From the NCBI GenBank assembly GCA_964035545.1, contig OZ037767.1, forward strand, positions 6,030,707 through 6,094,706: a stretch of DNA of 64,000 bases, given 5' to 3'. The notes beneath the pieces were generated by a model that was not told where the DNA came from, ran no database searches, and worked only from the letters and a program-made list of their open reading frames with translations. The position numbers and the translations under genes are program-made. This DNA is from Bugula neritina (taxonomy: Eukaryota; Animalia; Bryozoa). Position 1 is the stretch's first letter. Each line of letters begins with the position of its first letter. Below, in pieces: positions 1 to 12,906 of this stretch.

Positions 1-409
1 TTGATACTAATAGTAGTACTGATTACTGAGTAGTGGTAGAGAGATTCTGTAGCATTACTTAATTTTATTTATTTATATTGAGTGATGGTGATATAGAAGA
101 AAAGCAGCCCATTTCTCTATTTGAAAACCAAGAAAGTAGATTTACTAAAATATTAAATGTGTTTGATTTATAGCAAAAGTGTGTTCAGTAAATTTTCAAT
201 ATTTAACAATTTTCGTACCTGTATTTACTTTTATATTCAACAACTTACTTAATGTTTTAACATAGTTTATATAGAATTAAGCATCTCCAATGTATCAGCA
301 TTGGGTTTGTATATTAATACACATGTTATCTGTACTAGAAACTTGACCTTGTGAGCAAAGCACTTGTCCCGCGTGTCATATGTACTAATGCAGCCGACAC
401 TGTCTGCAG

Positions 410-3400
410 GTGCCCCAACTCTACAGGGAGTGACGAATCCCGCACTCCAACACTCTGTCTGGTCTGCGGTGAGATGCTCTGCTCTCAGAGCTACTGCTGT
501 CAGGTGGAGGTGAACGGCAGCAACTCACGAGGTCGCCAAGAGGCCATTGGCGCTGCTTCCTCTCATACAAAAGTGTGCGGAGCCGGTACTGGCATATACC
601 TCAGGTGGGTACTGGCATATACCTCAGGTGGGTACTGGCATATACCTCAGGTGGGTACTGGCATATACCTCAGGTGGGCACTGGCATATACTTCAGGTGG
701 GTTAAAGTATGCCTGAGGGGTGCTAGAACTATTTTTACAGTATTGGATTTCATTGAAATCTGCTTCGCATTCTAATTCCATGTTTAATTTTTTATTTTTT
801 ATTCAGACAATTCTAATAAATTTATTTTTATTCATCTCGTCATTTCTGTAATAGAAATTATATTCAGAATCATACCTTGTTGAAACAATAAACATTTTCT
901 ATGTGGCAATATAAGTTGGCGAAAATATATGTGTTGTTGTAAGATTTTGTACTGTGACCTTTCACTCTTAGCTGTATAACACACACACTGCAAGTTTTAG
1001 GCTCTTACTGTGGAAGTGTTTCACCGTTGGATAATGTATTTTTTCTCCAAGTCCCAAAATTATGATGCTGTAACTAAAATTAGCTGACATTGTATAAATT
1101 AACTACCGCATTCTCCCAGTGCTATGGCACAGGGATATACTGCATACCTTAATATACGTCAAGGGCAGCTTAAACACACCCAGCGACAATACTGAGCAAA
1201 TATTTGCTTATCTTCTTGTGTAATCAGGTGTCAATAGCAGCAAGGAATGGAATACGTAGTTATTTTTATAATACAATGTATGCATTTCTATATGCAAATG
1301 TTCACATTTATTTTATGCATCATAGTAATTTCATTGGAAATTTTTCATTACATAACTCTTCTTTCTACTTACAATTATATTGTTTCTTATATTGTTCTCC
1401 CAATCCACTTCCTACTATGCCAGTACTAGTCTCAGCTATACTATATTTGCAATGCATTATGTCCTACTAGCCTAGTGAACCTGTTTCTGCACTTTTCTCG
1501 TGGTTATTAGTATTTCCTGTTTCTGTAGAGTTCGGCAGTGTCAAGTAGTTCTTTTGGCTGGCAAAAGTAAGGGGTGCTTCATACCCGCCCCGTATGTGGA
1601 TGACTATGGTGAAACAGATATTACGCTACGGTTTGTATTGTTAATAGTATTAATTATTTACTGTCCTGAAAGTTATTGCAAAAAACCTTCACTCTCCTTA
1701 GTTTAGGAAGGGGGAAAATTATAATGAATGATAAAAAAAGTTATAGTTAGCAAAAAATAAGACAGCTACCTTTTCTGGCATCACCAGGTAACTCAGCTCA
1801 TTTCTCACCTGTCCAACTTCATCACAATCTTGGTAAAGCTTACCATAAATAACAAAAAGTATTTTATTGTAGATAAAACTAACTATTTCATTTAGCACAT
1901 ACAGGTTCTTTTTAAATTCCCAGCAGGTAAAATTTATTTAAGGAAATCCTCATTACTTGTTACCATATATAGCCCTGTCTGCATCCTACACATAGCTTAC
2001 CATAGCTTACCATGTCACTGTTCCATATTTAGACATTTATATAAGAGTTGTACTTTGGCCCCTAACCATTCACTATCTGGGATAATTGGGATTTTCTAAT
2101 ATTGCAAATTGCTATTCCCAGCTTATCTCGAGTGTTAAGTGCTACTGCACCCAGCTACGCTGATTGCGACATAACTCCTTCACAACCATTACCTGATGGC
2201 TATTAATAGCAACTTACATAATAATAGAGTGCGTAGTATGGAAAGTGCCAGCAGTGGTGGTCAAAGTCCAATGGCAAAAACCCAATAGTGTTTGTACAAT
2301 TTTTCCAACTACACATAGGAGCAGTAGTGGAGAAATTGAGATAGCCTAAGTTCTTCAATTCTAATCTAGAACACAGGTCTTTCTCAATTTCACCATTATT
2401 GCACCTACCTCCCCAAGTACTGGTGCCTTGTGTGTTGGGAGTTGTATGCTTCATTATATACTAGCCGTGGAAAATGTTCAACTTTATGGAATCTGTTTAA
2501 TGTCCTGCCTATGGAGAATAGAGCTACAGAAAAGTCTCAAGTTATCTGCCCAGTGTTACCAGAACTTGTTTGTGTTACAGATAAGCAGTGGTATAATTTG
2601 ATAGGTAAATGCAAAAGGATAGCAGGTGGGGAGGTGCTTTCACCCACCCCTCTCCACCTGCTTAGCAAAAGTAGAATCTGAAATGCTGTTCCATCACTGC
2701 AGACGGGGTAGTGCCTTAGGCTACTTAATATCTACAATAGTTGGAATATTCGTACTTAAAGAGTTGTATGACAATCTGACTACCCTGTTAGACAGTTGAA
2801 TCAGGTGCCCATCTAGCTGTAGTTACAAGCAGTGGAAGTTGTATAGCAGGTGCTTGTTTACAAACTGGTGGTGGAAGTGGTAACTAGTTGGTTAGGTAAA
2901 CAACAAGCAGGCTTACGGTGCAGTGGTACTTGCTTTCATCACTTCCCCTCGTGCTCAACTAGCTAGCAAGGCTAATCCGATTTCAACATCTCCTTCTGGT
3001 GACTTCTTCAGCGTGAATCTCTGCTCTCAGCATGATTTATTATAATTATAATAATATTAATAGCATATATATGCACGCTTAATTATTAATTACCTGCCAT
3101 CATATATTCTAAGTTGAAGAACTAGTGGGCTTGCATATGGAACATAGGTTGGGGAAGCCTCAATAGCAACAACACAGCTTTTTTCATTGTCGTTAGTTTC
3201 CATGTTTGGTGCAGCCATTGAGAAGTCGAGAAAAACCTGTGTTCTAGATGAAAACTATATCAGACAGAGTTATGTTTTTGAAGCGAAACTTATTAAAAAT
3301 GTTAAAGAACTTAGGCTATTAAAATTTCTGTAGTATACTACACCTAAATGCAGCCTTTTAAGATATGTAGAAGTATCTGACTAAAGTAAAGGCCAAGACT

Positions 3401-4796
3401 TCATTTAGAAGGCAATATGAGAGTCCAAAATACAGCTTAGTGAGATTTTGATGTGTGAATATTGTATAAAGGCCTGGCCACACACTCGTGAGAATCACAC
3501 GAAATTATATAACTGAAATTAGTGCAAAACAGAAACAGTAAAAACTATTTGAGGATTCATATCTCTGTTAGACAAAATAATGTCAAATATATATTCCTTA
3601 GGCTGTAGCTAATAAACACCTGATGATAAACACTTATATTTTATATCAAATCTACATTTTATAGTACCATTTATATTTTTAGTAGTAATTATTTATATTT
3701 TATATATTCGTATTTATAGTCACTGTACAGGTAGCAGTAAATAAATAGATGAACTTTGTTAGTTTATCATATATTACTCTTGTCATGTTTTCAGCATTTG
3801 CTTTTTACTTGGCTGTTTTTTTTTTCAATGAATTTTGCCTAGTCTGAAGTGTTAGAATGGAATGTTGGCATAGGATGCTTTATAGACACAGCTGTAGATG
3901 CAGTTGAATAGTAGATTATGTAAGTGTTAATTATACTCCAAGGTTGGCTGATAGGCCAGCACTCAGTCAATATCCTGATAACATCAGACTATTGTGCAAC
4001 AAGCAGTCTGTCTAGTTAAAACTGCCTGAGGCAGATAATATTACTGCTGTCAAAGAATAGGTCGGTTTATTGCTGCTTCCTCTTTTGATATTTTTTATTA
4101 TTTCTGCAATGCAAATTAGTGAAGTAAAATAAGAATATAATATATTGTGTTTAGCAGTCAACCTTGTCACCCCTATATAAGTATATGGGGAACACACCTG
4201 CCCCTTCATGTAGTTTAGACTAGACTTTTCCTGTAACTGTTATCAAATATTATATGTTACATAACATTATATTATGTGAAAGGGTTTTGATGTATGAATG
4301 ATCAGCATCTTTCTATATAGTACAGCTTTACCTAATGTGGTGGTTAAACAAATGTGTTGCTTTAATTAGATTTAATGTGAGAAGTAGAATTTTAATTATG
4401 AACTAGCCCCAGGAGAAGTAAGTGTGGTCTTTGTACTGGCTTGCTTTATTTAAATGAATTCAGTTTTGTTGAATTTTTAAACATTTGTAAACACAATTCA
4501 ATATATACTAACAGCTGATGGTTTTGTTTACAAAATTGTATGGAAACATTATCATTATTTTTTTAGTCAAAACAGCACCCTTGAATGTCTGCATTCCAAT
4601 TACCTTATTGCCATCTCAGTGACTCCTGTTGAAGTCATTTGCATTGTGTTGTAGGAGAGGAAACCCCCTGAAGCTGTGTCACACGGCGTACAGAGATCTG
4701 CACCGTCTCTGGCTCAGTCATGGTGTACAGGAGAAAGTGGCCAGATCTACTGCCTCATCTTCTGGACAATTTCTAGCTGACTGGCGCCACTTATAG
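410..4796 (+). CDS. UBR1: 3' end of UBR1/UBR2-type N-recognin E3 ubiquitin ligase (5' part lies outside window); exons 410-604, 1529-1630, 4655-4796
   Basis: Spliced translation CPNSTGSDESRTPTLCLVCGEMLCSQSYCCQ...HTKVCGAGTGIYLR/VRQCQVVLLAGKSKGCFIPAPYVDDYGETDITLR/RGNPLKLCHTAYRDLHRLWLSHGVQEKVARS...DWRHL* follows the conserved UBR1/2 C-terminal domain (LCLxCG, PYLDxYGETD, RGNPL). GT-AG sites with matching phases. Confidence 0.93.
585..699 (+). repeat. 5 x 23-bp tandem repeat GGTACTGGCATATACCTCAGGTG spanning the UBR exon/intron junction
   Basis: Four identical copies and a fifth with two substitutions; each holds CAG|GTGGG. Confidence 0.95.
2317..2406. mobile_element. MITE family B, internally deleted copy
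   Basis: Imperfect terminal inverted repeats AGGAGCAGTAGTGGAGAAATTGAGA / TCTCAATTTCACCATTATTGCACCT, TA at both ends; related copies near 24361, 46268 and 56661. Confidence 0.7.
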
Positions 4797-5255
4797 TGCC
4801 ATATTTGTCAAATTATATTGTGTTTACACCAGAGTTATCTCCCTGGGTTTTCCATATCTGTAGTCAGATTTACATATACCAAATAAGTGTATTTATGCAT
4901 CCAAGGAGGATAGTTTCTAGTTAATGATGTTTTAAAGCACCTCATAAACGAAGATTCTTCATGAAATGAAGTTTTTTATTAGCTATATGTAGAAAATTAT
5001 TTTATCCCAAAGTTGTATTCTAAAACTCACAGTTTTTGAGGATGTCTCTAGTAAATAATTAAAGCTCATTTGCTGTACTTGCCTTTTCTGCTAAAAGTTT
5101 TAAACCAATTTTTTTCTTCAAGAAGCTGATGTTATTGAACCCCAAGTTTTAAAAGTGTGAGTTTTCATTTTATACCTTGCCAAGGCTAGTAAAGTTTTGC
5201 AAATCATGTTTATTGGTATTGTTTTGTGATTATTTTTGCTGTATAGTAAGTATGG

Positions 5256-5393
5256 CAGAAAATCGCTAGAAGCAGCACCGAGTTAGCGGTCACTGAAAGC
5301 AGCGGTTTGGGGAAAAGAAGTTTAGACAGTGATATCTCTACAAACTCTGCACTCAATCACTCCCAACTCAATGCTGCTTCTAGTGAATTTCTG
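5256..5393. mobile_element. MITE family C (about 138 bp, hairpin)
   Basis: TIRs CAGAAAATCGCTAGAAGCAGCA / TGCTGCTTCTAGTGAATTTCTG flanked by direct repeat TATGG (5251-5255, 5394-5398); related copies near 6079, 20727 and 20876. Confidence 0.75.
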
Positions 5394-6078
5394 TATGGCC
5401 CGTAAAAAATTGCTTTAATCCTGAATTTAACAAGAAAAAATAAAGCAATACATCAGGGGCTTTACCCCAGCCATAGCTTACTTTACATTGGTACTTAGCC
5501 TATGCTTCGGTCATCTGAACAAATTATGTGTTGCTTAAATCCAAATTTTAAAAGTAGAATTGTGTACATTATGGTAGTCTGGGGTCTACCAGGATTCCAG
5601 TATAAAATACCCAGTAGCACTCTACGAAGTAGGTGTTGTTGACAAAATAACAAAGCTATGAACAATCCACTCATGATACAAGTCACGCATCTGGGTATGT
5701 TGCAACCTGCAATACCGAAATAGTAAATGGTGTGGCACTGCACTTCCCATAACATGGTAAACTTCCATTGCCTATCCTCATAACTTTTCCATGGACTGTC
5801 GGTTAAAATGTAGGACATTAATCTATCTGAAAATGGAGTACAGAATTCAGAGTTTGTATGAACTCTAGAGAATAACTGATGGAAATTACCCAGTATGCCC
5901 GGCTAGGATGTGGATGAGTCATCACCACTCATGATGATTATTAGTCTGCATGCGTGGCCTACAGGCATTAGTAATACACCTCACAGTTATTGTCCTAAAA
6001 CATGCGCTGAAGACTAGTATTATGTAGGGAATAGTACTTCGAACACATTTTATCCTGAGATTTATGTAGACATTTGCT

Positions 6079-6553
6079 GGAATATCACTAGAAGAAGAAC
6101 CGAAGTTGAGGGGCGACTGGGTGCAGAGTTTGTATACACACTATTACCTGAACTCTAGACCAACGGTGTCCAACCTTTTCAGAGCGAGGGCCACTGAAAT
6201 AGAAAGATAAGGGCTACTTTATAAAAAATTTAGCTTGAGCTGGGGGCCTCAGCATCAGTATTTTTCAAATTACTTAATTTCAAATATATGAATCATTACA
6301 CAAGGAAGTCTCAAAAAACTACTGCAGGCTGCATGTTTTGTTGCATGTATCTAGACATTTGAAAAATAGTTTTTCCACTCTAATTAATCTATATGTGTAA
6401 AAGAATTTTATTTCTATGCCTTGGAGGGCCACATAAATGTAGGCTGAGGGCTGCATCTGGCCCTGGGGCCGCCGGTTGGACAGCCCTGTACTAGTCTGCC
6501 GAAGCAATGCTCTCAGTGACCAACAACTCAGTACTGCTTTAAGCGACTTTCCG
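6079..6553. mobile_element. MITE family C copy interrupted by a hAT-type MITE
   Basis: 6079-6150 and 6495-6553 match the two arms of the 5256-5393 element in reverse orientation. Confidence 0.65.
6161..6488. mobile_element. Non-autonomous hAT (Charlie-like) element
   Basis: TIRs CAACGGTGTCCAACC / GGTTGGACAGCCCTG (12 of 15 match), subterminal GGGCC motifs, flanks CTCTAGAC / TACTAGTC resembling the NTCTAGAN Charlie target. Confidence 0.7.
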
Positions 6554-7249
6554 TTTGCTCAGCTTTAGCTTACAATTCTCTGGGTTTTGTAGTTCATAGC
6601 GAGTTATTTTACAGGGAGACAACTTCCCATGCTACGAATGGCGGCTCAAACTTGAAAAAGCTACAACTGTGCACTTGCCTCACTTCGTCACACACCACCT
6701 GGTTTACATCACCAGCTGCAAGGTAGACTCAAGCTCACGAAGTCATGCAGTGTCAGACTGATGCAGGATATTTTCTGTTACCATTCTGTTGGAATAAGAC
6801 CAGGCTGATTTACCATTATGCAACTACTCCTACATTATACTAATTTGTATTTTTTGCTGATTATTGATCTTTCATGGAACTCACGAACAAACATAATCTT
6901 ATTTCTTTGTAAAGTGCCCCAAAATCTTTATTTAATTGCATGAAACATAGGATGCTAGTCTGAGTTTCAGCCTGCTCAGACCAAAAATTTCCAAAAAGAT
7001 TTACATTTTTCCAATATTTAAAAGATTTCCATTTCTCTCTACTTTTCAATTAGCTGCAATCTTACAAAAGTATTTCGAAATTTGGTATCCTACTAATAGG
7101 TGATTGCAACACCCTATACTACTCCAACAACAGCTCTTTACTCTAACTAGCTATCTATCTTCACCGCGATTGGGTTACTGTGTTGAACCTTTGACTACTT
7201 TATGACCTTAGCCGTAGTAACTCTCAGGCTTTGATTGTAAAAGACGGAC

Positions 7250-7480
7250 TCTCTCTATTCACGCCGTTAAAAAATTGTTAAACGAGATTAGTCTGGAATG
7301 TTCTTTATCAGATCGCTGGCCTGGGAAAAGTTATTTATCGATTCAATAATAACGCAGTGACTATAGTTCTTTATATAGCATAGGCGGAGTATTGACGTCA
7401 TTAGCCATATATTATATTTGCCACGACGCTTCTCGCGATTGTACTATGGTTATCATACTAGCCTACTAACATGGCGATTC
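7250..7480. promoter_or_regulatory. CpG-rich promoter/enhancer-like element upstream of the Fos-like gene
   Basis: Perfect CRE TGACGTCA 7393-7400, TCTCGCGA near 7432, YY1-like AACATGGCG near 7468, local CpG enrichment. Confidence 0.4.
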
Positions 7481-9819
7481 TAATAGTATTGTCAGTTAGA
7501 CTTATACTACATTTGTCTTATTCGGGCTAATGTTATGTGATTCCATGTAGTATGCAGCATTGATGACATTATGGTCGACCAAATACATTACAGTCACATA
7601 ACCTTTTATACACCACTAGGTCCTGCTATATGTCAAACAGGCATCAAAATTATTTTGAATATTTTTGCATTTAAATCATTTTTTCTGTCATATAACACAA
7701 AGTAATGAAATATTACAGGCATTTATGCTTACACTTGTTATTACCAGATATTTCCAGCTATTTTAGAAAAATGTATGCCCTATTCTCTGGCCTTCTTCTA
7801 ATGAGCAGACAAGCTAATATGAATTCACTGAGTCATGGAATTCATGATAGTATGGCCAAAAAGTGTGAAGAAATTTAAAAAAATATCTAGTTCAAGTTTA
7901 GAACTTTTGTATGTTATGGTTGAGCAGCTTTTAAAAATGTTTGTATATAGAGTTTATTATGGTTTCAACTTAGTACTGAAGTACCCTGTCATGACGCAAT
8001 GTTTTGTATTTGTTCAAATGGTACAGTAATATTATGTAACTCAATAAACCAATAGAGCCACAGTACTGCCTTGTTATATACTGTTTCACCAATACACAGC
8101 TTATTGAGCTCAGGCTAATTCAAAGTATTTTAGCCTTTGTTCTCAATATTCATATTTAGGGCTTGGAAGGGCAACGATCTTGCCAAACAGTGTAAAGGAA
8201 AAAATAATCCAAGAACCACAACTACTAGCCCATTGTGTTCATTCACTTGAGAGCAAGATATTGATTTCCAATAACTAATAGTAGTTAGACGCAAAGTTTA
8301 TAAACAAATACTGCAATAACAGCAGTAAACATCTCACTGAATGAATGACTCAGTGTTTACTACCCTACTGGTAAATAGTATAATTGAATGGCTATACAGT
8401 AACTAATTGGTTGTATACACACCAAGTTTCATTGAAGAAAAGGCAAAGTATTAATTAGACTCCCAAAGGCATGAGTCATAGAAGCCCCTTGGAATGCAGA
8501 GTAGAGTGGGTGTGTGCAATAACAGCCTATTGTGACAGCACACAGCAAGTGTCAACAGGAACTTCATCCTCTAACTACAGGGGTTTTCCATTTACTATAC
8601 TTAGGTTAGGGAATTCTTCAAAATTTATGAATGGAAAGTTACTTACACACTTAATACTGACATATTTACGGTATTCCTAAAGTAGACTATTGAAATATTA
8701 TAAATTAATATAGCTCTATAATAATTTCATGTATAATAAAAACGTATATAGCATAATATAGTAGCACAATCTTCTCCAATATATTGACATATACTTATGT
8801 AATATAATTTTATTAATATTTTGATATGAAATTATGTGATATAATATATTAGTATAAGATCATATAGTATAATGAGTAAATATGAAGTTCTGTTATTCAA
8901 CCAACTCTAAAGTTAGCGGTTCTTAAATGCAAGGCTTAATTCTTATTTTACATCATTTCAATTACACCAAACACATCTAGAATTAGCTTATTTGTAAGTC
9001 CATGTATGTGATATAATATTGCAAATAAAATTCAATGGTGCAGCTATATTTATACATTGACACTATTTTTACATGCTAAAAACAAAAGTAATAGAAACTA
9101 TATTCATGTTTGGTGACAAACCTTGTAAAGTAGACATAGCTAGCCGGGCCTTCAGCTCTTTCCCTCATGCTCTCAACTAAAGCTGTTTATGATTTGTTAT
9201 TTGCACTCATGTGCTACTACTGGTAGTGCATTGAGATGTGGTGATTCATCACATTCCTACATATCAGAGGATTTCCTAGGGAATCCTGACATCACACATC
9301 TTTGTAGTGTTGAGCAACCATCTAAAGCTTGTTGTAATTATGATGGAGGTTACAAAGTCCTAAAGCCAGCTATAATGATGGTTGACATCATCTAAACCAC
9401 ACTTTTACAGGTGCTTAAAAATTTCTACCATGAATAGATGAACTGAGTAAGTTGATTTCAACATAAGTTTCTGTCAGTTCACTTGGCTAATTTCTTTCTT
9501 ATAGCTCATGGCTGTTTTCTATTTATGTGAGAGCTGGGCCTAAGAACTTTGGATAGTTCTGTACATCTAAAGTTCATTATTTGTCCTATAATTATGCAAT
9601 CCTAGTATTGCCTTGCTTTTGTGTTATTTGTTTGTGGATCTGAAATGTTTTCATGTGTGCAACTTCAATTATGGTTACCTAGATGGTATTGTAAATAATT
9701 ATTTCCAACCGGATATAGTTTCCTAACACCATTTGGGCTTAAAGGGGAATCCGTCTAAAACGTTCTGGAAAGCGCTAGATTATTTCGTCACCAATAACAA
9801 GCGTTGTTATTGGAAATTT

Positions 9820-9965
9820 GTATCGCGTGACCATGACGTTGTGTTTATACAGCTTGAGGATTCTCTTTTCTAAACATAATAACATTCACAGGAAAGCCCT
9901 AATGCGCCGCAGTGATTGGCCGAAATATGACTTATATATGTAGCGTTCAGGGGTTCCCTTCATTA
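9820..9965 (+). promoter_or_regulatory. Proximal promoter of the Fos-like gene
   Basis: CRE half-site TGACGT near 9835, inverted CCAAT (GATTGG) near 9913, TATA-like TTATATAT near 9932, about 70 bp before ATG 10005. Confidence 0.5.
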
Positions 9966-10004
9966 CTTCAATTTGCTCTGAATCACTCACACACTAGCTA
10001 GAGC

Positions 10005-11484
10005 ATGTACTACGCAGCTGAATCTGTAACCGAAGAATCCAGTTTACACATGGCGGAAAATAACAAAAGTTTTGATAGCAATAATTTTGGAAATGATTTC
10101 TATGGATTAGATACTGAGGGCTATTCGGAAATCTTTAGTGCAGTCGAAGATCAAGAAGTGGTAAGTAAGGTAAATTGAATACTATTTCAGTATAACTATA
10201 AGTAATAATATTTCATGTCTGGGTTATTTAATACAGTGCTACAAATACAACCAGATCAATATATTTTACTATCTCTATTTTTATTATTGAAATTTTACCA
10301 AGAGTTAATGGATAGCAATTCTCTGTTTCTAACTTGTAGTATTAACTAGTTGCTAACTTCCAGCTTAGAATTCAATCGTACGAAGTCCAAAGTCCAATAT
10401 AGTTTTTCATGCGTATCACCAAAGTGCTATTGGTTAATACGCTCAATGAATCGTTTTATTGGCTAGTGGAATGACTTACTAACAATAGTAGTTTACGCTC
10501 GAGTGCACCTTCCAAATGCCAACACGTGCTTTCTAATAATGGGAGCAGCTGTATGTTTCATAACCGCGATGGCTAGTTACTAACTTGAATATTTTATTCT
10601 TGCAGCCTGACTTCATGACACTGAGCACTCCTCCTGTAACCAGCCAGAGTTTCCACCCTCTGGAGAGTTTCAGCTTTATTCCAACTTCACACTCACACGC
10701 CATAGCAACCAGTGAAAGTTATATGAACCTTGAAGCTACCCCCAGTTACTACAGTCCAGCCAGCACCCATAGTTATTCCCCAGTTCCAGATCAATATAGC
10801 CCAGTGCCAGTCATACCAGAGAAAGTATATAACAACAGGGGCCCAATCATAGTACCCTCAGCCACTGCTCCAGCTGAGCCTAAGCCTAGACGTAAAGGAG
10901 GCCGTAAACCCAAGAATGACCCGGTAAGCATCAAATTAACTGATTCCAGTAAACAACTTTGTGTGGTCAACCGAAAAGGCCTACTTTCTCGAATTGATGA
11001 GTTTCAAGTACTGATATTAGTAGCTTGTGATACTTGACACTTAGTATCAGGTTCTTGTGCAATAGTCAACAACAACTTGAGTTTATTGCAAAATGTTTAT
11101 GAGTTTCTGTGTTTATTTCAGTTACCCCCTCATCTTGAAGAGCGTAGAAGACTGAGACGTATTAGAAATAAAGAGGCAGCACAAAAGTGCAGAGAAAGAC
11201 GACTAGCCCAGACAGAAGACTTAATGCAGCAGATCGATGCGTTGGAAAGACAAGCTCAAAACTATGAAGATATAATTAACAGAATGAGAGAAATGAAAGA
11301 CCAGTGCGAATACATCCTTCATTCCCATAAAAACAACTGCAATAGAGTAGCTAAAAGGAGACTGAGCAGTGGATTAGTATTGAACACTTTTAGCAACAGC
11401 TCCTGCGCTATAGCTCACAGACGATCTAGTAGTTCAGAAGGAGAGATAACATCCCCCACCCTTCCTTTTACTTGTATCATGTAA
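10005..11484 (+). CDS. fos: Fos/ATF3-family bZIP transcription factor, about 278 aa; exons 10005-10160, 10606-10923, 11122-11484
   Basis: Basic region EERRRLRRIRNKEAAQKCRERR, zipper ending in the Fos-type EYILHSHKNNC, preceded by RRKGGRKP and an S/P/Y-rich region; phase-0 GT-AG introns (GTAAGT, GTAAGC). Confidence 0.88.
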
Positions 11485-12906
11485 ATGTCCACACGCTATC
11501 TAAGCATGCAATATACCAAGTCTATTTTTTATTTATTGATTTTCCGGTGCTATTTGATGATGTATCAGTATTCAAGCAATCATTTTTTAGTATTGTGTAT
11601 ATATCAGAAGGCTTCGAATCTCTTCATTCACTAATACAAGCTAATCATTCCGCAAAGTTATTTATGAAAGCACAACTCTTAAAAACATTGCTCATATTGT
11701 AATATTTTTATGGACAGATATACAACCTACAATGCTTTTATATTTTTTACTTTTTATGATTTTATCAGCAAGCCTCTGCCTTTCTACCTGTACATAGAAT
11801 TATGTAAAATACAAGATTAATATAAATAGAAAACATAATCTTATAATGCGTTCCTGGTGTGTTATTACAACATATACACAAGTAAATACTTGGGCAACTG
11901 ACTATAGCAATATGTAATAGTAAGGTACAAGGTGATCTGAGAAAAGTAATTAAAACTTTTCATTTCAAAAGTTTACACTTTCTTTGAAAGTTATATTGAC
12001 CAAATGGCATAGTAACAAATTACAATATAGTCTATCTCAATGACTATTTCCTATTTCCTCTTGTCTAACTTCAGTTTCCTGTTTTTTTCTGCTGATGCAT
12101 CATGTGATGTGTAAATTGAAGGATGGGGGGCATGTCCTCATGAGGCAATCCTATGCCCTGTGAATGGGCATATCCTCATTACAGACACTTTTAGGCAAAA
12201 ACAATTATAATTTCAACTGAATGTGAGGTACTAAGCTACTGCTTTGGTTCAAAGTTGAAATTTTACAAAATATATGCCCGTTTGCTATTAACAGTGTGTG
12301 GGGCTAAATATAAAGTGTTTAATAAACTCAGAATTTTCAAAATTTTTATATATAATCAACTTTGCTTTATTTGCAGCCTGGTTTATGGACACAGACAAGT
12401 TCATTGTGCAGTATATGAATAAATTAGCTTTAATTAAACTCTTTTTTGTTAACCACATTTTGCAAGAGCCTAAAAACTATTATTTCATTTAAATAATTAA
12501 GCAATACATGACATGACATGAAAAGGCATGACAGCAGAGCACTTGCAATAGCCTGCCAGTGGGTACATTTGGTACATGCGTTCAAGTCTAGACTCAAAAA
12601 TAGACTGTGTGTTTTTTAGTCATTATTACTGCATTATATTATTAATGGGATGCAAGCAGAAGATGATTCTATCCGGCTACATAAGTCATTGACCTAAATT
12701 ATGGTGTCAGTACACAGAGAGAAATATTAGTGTTAAAGTGAACATAAGCTGACAACTAAAACCTCTCGTTTTTTGGATCCCTAAATTGACCAGCAGTGAA
12801 TAGAAATTAGTGTCAGGTACTGTTCACAGTGAATAGTATGTTAGATCAATGTTGATATAAAGAGTTGTGAAGTTGATTCTTTGTATTTATCACAATGAGC
12901 CAAATT

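Noticed and set aside
585-699. Regular 23-bp repeats resembling a CRISPR array
   Set aside because: Repeats are contiguous with no spacers, in a eukaryotic gene; no cas genes.
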